Assembly: GCA_014905635.1 (NCBI GenBank)
Contig: JABVCE010000031.1
Coordinates: 124,001 to 188,000, forward strand
DNA from: Scenedesmus sp. PABB004
Taxonomy: Eukaryota
Reading direction: 5' to 3'
Length of the DNA: 64,000 bases
The notes below the pieces were generated by a model. It made no database searches and was not told where the DNA came from. It saw only the letters and a list, made by a program, of their open reading frames with translations. Within the stretch, counting starts at the first letter, position 1. Each line of letters starts with the position of its first letter. Made by a program: the position numbers and the translations under genes. Below are positions 60,069 to 64,000 of the stretch, piece after piece.

Positions 60069-62575
60069 ATGGCCGAGCCGTGCACGCACGCGTCGTCGAC
60101 GGTGGTGGCGGTGCGCCTGCGCCCGCCGTCGGCGCGCGAGAGCGGCGCGCGCTGCATCGCGCCGGCCGACGAGCGCGCGCTGGCCTTCACCAACCCCGAC
60201 CGCAGCGTGGCGGGCTTCGCCTTCGACCGCGTGTACGGTGCGCGGCGCGGCACGGCGCGGCGCAGCGCAGCGCGGCGCGGCGCGGGGCCTGCCGCTTGCC
60301 CGCACACTCCGCTCCCACCCGCCGCGGCGCAGGCGAGGAGGTGAGCCAGGCGGCGGTGTTCGAGGACTGCCGGCCGATCGTGGCCTCCGTGCTGCGCGGC
60401 AACAACGGCACCATCCTCGCCTACGGCCAGACCGGCTCCGGCAAGACCCACACCCTCATCGTGCGCCGCGCGGCGCGCGCCGCGCGCCATGCCGCGCGCC
60501 GTGTGGAGCGGCGCCGCGGCGCGCCTGCACTGGCGCCGCGACACCGCGCGCGGCGCCTCGCAGGGCAGCGTCGACGACGCCGGCCTGCGCGGCCTCGTGC
60601 CGCGCGCGGTCGCGGCGCTGGGCGAGGGCATCGCGGCTGACACGAGCGGCGCCGAGTTCAGCGTGCGGTGAGGCATGGCGGCGGCTCGGCGCCGCCGCCC
60701 CGGCACCGGGCCGCCCGCGCAAGCAAACTCCCGCGGCCGCCCGCGCCGCCAACTGGCCGCCCCCGCACCACCACCACCGCCACCGCCGCCGCGGGCAGGC
60801 TGTCGGTGGTAGAGACGTACTGCGAGCGCATCAGGGACCTGCTCGACCCCGCGGCAGACAACCTGCAGGTCAAGCAGGACTCGGGCGGCGCGATGTTTGT
60901 GGACGGTGCGGCGCCGCGCCGTGCCGCGCCCCGCCGCCGGGCCGCGCCGCCCGCCGCGGGCCCGGCCCGGCCTGGGCGAGCGTCGCCGCCGCGCTGCGGC
61001 GACGCGTGCGCGCGCAGGCGCGCTGGAGGCGCAGGTGGGCAGCGAGGAGCAGCTCGTGGCCGTCATGCGCCGCGGCCTCGCGGCGCGCACCGTGGCGGGT
61101 GCGCGCGCTTGCGCTCCTCCCCTGCGCGCCGTGCCGCGCCGCGCCTGCTGCGTCCTGCAAGCTCACGCGCCGCTGTCGCCGCCGCCGCGCGCTGTGTGCT
61201 GTGTGCGCTGTGGTGTTGGTGCAGCCACGGGCATGAACGAGCAGAGCAGCCGCAGCCATTGCGTGGTCACGGTGACCGTGGAGAAGGTCCGCCCCGACGG
61301 CAGCCTGCTCGTGGGCAAGCTGAAGATGGTCGACCTCGCGGGCAGGCGCGGCGCGCGCGCGGCGCTCTCGCAGGACGGCGCGCGCGGCGCTCTTGCAGGA
61401 CGGCGCGGGGCGCGGCGCGCGTGCAGCTGACGCCCGCCGCGCCCGCCGCGCGCGCCCCTGGCGGCGCCGCCAGCGAGCGGCAGGACAAGACGCACGCCGC
61501 GGGGCAGACGCTGGTGGAGGGGAGCCAGATTAACAAGAGCCTCAGCGCGCTCGCCAACGGTGTGGCGGGGGAGGGGCGTCGGCGGCGCCTGACGCGCGCA
61601 CACGCCGGCCGCGCCGCGCGCGCGCCGCCCCGGCTGCCGCCGCCGATCCAACCCAACCGCGCCGCCGCCGCCGCCACCGCCAGTGATCTACGCCCTCACC
61701 GATGCGCCCGGCGGCGACGGCGAGCCCGGCGCGCCGTCGGGGGCGGTGCCCAAGCACGTGCCGTACCGCGACTCCAAGCTCACGCGCATCCTGCAGGACT
61801 CGCTCGTGCGGCGCGGCACCGGGGGCTGCGGCGGGCACGAGCGCGCGCCGGCCGCGCTGCGCTGCACCTGCGCAGCCTGCGGCGGACGCCGCGCCCGCTC
61901 GTGGCGCCCGCGGCGCAGGGCGGGTCGAGCCGCACCATGCTCATCATCTGCTGCAGCCCCTGCGCCGAGAACGGCCCCGAGACGCTCAGCAGCCTGCGGT
62001 GCGCGGCGCCGCGCGGCGTGTGCGCGACGGCGCCTCCGCCCGCCGCCGGGCTGCGCGGGCCGCCGGCTGAGATGCGCACTGCGCGCGCGCACGCGCGCGT
62101 GCAGCTTTGGCTCCCGCGCGCGCGGCATGAAGAGCCGCGTGACGCTCAACGTGCGGCTCAGCGCCGAGGCGCTCGCCGCGCAGCTGGCGGCGGCGCAGGC
62201 CAAGGCACGGCGCGGCGCGCGCGCGGCTTGCGGCGGCCTGGCGCGCCGCCGCGCGGGCAGCTGCGGCCGCCCCTGAGCCTGCGCCGCCGCGCCGCCGCGC
62301 TGCGCCCGTGGTGGCAGATCAAGGCGCTCGAGCAGCAGCTCGCCGACGGCCGCGCGGCGGCGGCGCTGGCGGCCGCCGCGCCGCCAGAGCCGCGCGGGAC
62401 GCCGCCTGCGCCGCCCCTGCCCGGCTGCGGCGGTGGCGGCTGTGGTGGCGGCTGTGGCGCGCGCGTGCTGCCGTGGTGGCAGCACGCGGTGCTGGCGGGC
62501 GTGAGCGTGCTGAGCATGGCGGCGTACATGGGCTGGGAGGCGCGCTGGCTGGCGACCCAGGCGGTGGTGGCCTGA
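60069..62575 (+). CDS. Kinesin motor protein (kinesin-1/plant PSS1-like) with a short stalk and a hydrophobic C-terminus
   Basis: VAVRLRP, FAFDRVY, P-loop AYGQTGSGKT, NEQSSRSH, MVDLAGSE, INKSLSAL, HVPYRDSKLTRILQDSL|GGSSRT, CCSP...ETLSSLR|FGSRA. Confidence 0.92.
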
Positions 62576-62619
62576 GCGGTCGGTGTGACAGCGTGACCGC
62601 CACAGACACGGGCCCTCGC

Positions 62620-62624
62620 TTACA
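62620..62624 (-). terminator. TGTAA poly(A) signal of the TBC gene
   Basis: ttaca ~320 nt past the stop at 62941. Confidence 0.6.
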
Positions 62625-62940
62625 CGCGGGCGCGCCGCGCTCGCTGGCCGGCGCCGCCGCCGCCCCCGGGCAGCGCAAGCAGGCGACCGCGCGACTAGGA
62701 TTGAATCAATGAGCCAAAGCCGCCTGGGATGGATGACTCATCCCAAACGTCCGACCTGCCCGACACAGCCGCACGGCAGCGAGAGAACACACCGCGCCAG
62801 GCCGAGAGCTGCCTGGCTGGCTGCTGGACAGGGGCTCGCCGGACCAACTCGATAACCGCAGCCGTCGACCCCGCGCACGGGCGGCTCGTGCCGCCAACCG
62901 CTGCTGCTGCCGCTGCTGCTGCCGCTCGCGGCCGCCGCCG

Positions 62941-64000
62941 CTACCGCGGCGGGCCCATGCTGACCGGCGTGACGAGGCCCGCGCCGCCGCCGCTGCCGCC
63001 GCTCGCCGCAGCCGCGGCCTGCTGCTGGTACTGCCGGCGCAGCTGCTCCAGCCGCCGCGACACGGGGATGCGCAGCGCCGCCTGCGCGCACGGGCGGCGG
63101 TGTCGGGCCGGCGGCGCGCGGCGCCACAGCCGCCGCCTCGGCCGCGTGGCCAGCCAGCCCTGCGCGCGTCTGCCGACCCACGCACCTTCATGAGCGCGTC
63201 TGGGTGGCGCGCGAGCAGCGGGAAGCCGTTGCGGCTGTTCAGCGCGGCGACGAGCTTCTCAAACGGCAGCGCCGACAGCTGCTCCTGCGCGCTGACCAGC
63301 AGCGCGACGCCGACGCGGAACACGACCTGCGCCCGGCGGCGGCGGGCTCGGCGGCCGCGGCGCCGCGCCCACAGCGCCTGCGCCGCGGCACCCCACGCTG
63401 AGCCGCTCGCTGCCGGGCACGCTCTCCCGCCCGTTCGGCCCGCACCCACACGCGCACACCACGCCCACGCCCACGCCCACGCCCAGGCGGCTGTCTGCTC
63501 AACCCCCCAGCCCGGCGCACCTTCATGCCCTCAAGCAGGAAGACGTCCCACACGCGCAGCAGCTGCTCAAAGGGCAGGCTGTAGGCAAAGACGGTGTTGA
63601 ACCAGTGCGTGCAGTACATGCTCGGCACGACGCCCTCCTGCGAGAGCGCGCGCGGCCCAGCGCGGGTGGGGCGTTGGCGGCAGCGGCGGCGGGCGCGGCG
63701 CCGCGGGGCGGAGAGGGAGAGGGAGGGGCGAGGGAGAGGCGCGCGGGAGAGGCGCACGGGCGCCGCACCGCCTCCAGGTGCCCGCCGAGGCGCGGGTGCT
63801 CGGCCTTGAGCAGCTCCTGGAACTGGAAGAGGCACTGCGTCAGCAGCGGCATGCCCGCCTGGTACAGCCCCTCCAGCGGCGGGCTGCACGGCCCGGGCCC
63901 GCCCGGCCCGCGCAGCGGCGGCGGCCGCAGCTCCGCGAGCAGCCCGCGCTCGCGCTCGCGCGGCGGCGCGCCGCCGCCGCCGCCGCCGCCGCCGCTGCCG
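62941..64000 (-). CDS. TBC-domain Rab GTPase-activating protein, 3' part
   Basis: GLYQAGMPLL...HPRLGGHL, PSMYCTHWFNTVFAYSLPFEQLLRVWDVFLLEGMK|VVFRVGVALL; stop at 62941-62943. Confidence 0.9.

Noticed and set aside
1..64000. Long Arg/Ala/Pro/Gly-rich ORFs in the six-frame track
   Set aside because: Expected from stop-codon scarcity at very high GC; most are antisense to, off-frame from, or read through introns of the real genes.

Overview
Very GC-rich, gene-dense eukaryotic nuclear DNA. Short (~100-130 nt) introns, TGTAA poly(A) signals and plastid transit peptides point to a chlorophyte green alga (inference). Most long ORFs in the six-frame track are GC-bias or intron read-through artefacts; the real genes are spliced. 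Genes in order: partial coiled-coil protein (+), repeat-exon coiled-coil gene copy 1 (-), TIGR01777/SDR39U1-type epimerase (-), CDKD/CDK7-type kinase (+), possible bZIP/DOG1-like regulator (-), plastid NTF2/SnoaL-like protein (-), DnaJ protein (-), secreted S8 subtilisin (-), repeat-exon gene copy 2 (+), condensin CAP-D2 (+), cohesin SCC3 (-), kinesin-1-like motor (+) and a partial TBC RabGAP (-). The standout is an inverted segmental duplication (3815-9594 vs 28822-44435, ~19 kb apart). It carries an unknown gene built from a tandem exon+intron unit: a 117-nt phase-0 exon encoding a 39-aa coiled-coil repeat plus a 114/116-nt intron. Copy 1 has 8 full units and one diverged unit; copy 2 has 52 full units and one partial (~12 kb, predicted ~2,390-aa rod), with higher-order variant structure. 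Copy 2 also has a double-palindrome insertion in its 3' region that resembles a hairpin-type transposon excision footprint. Exon boundaries were inferred by eye and no database searches were run.
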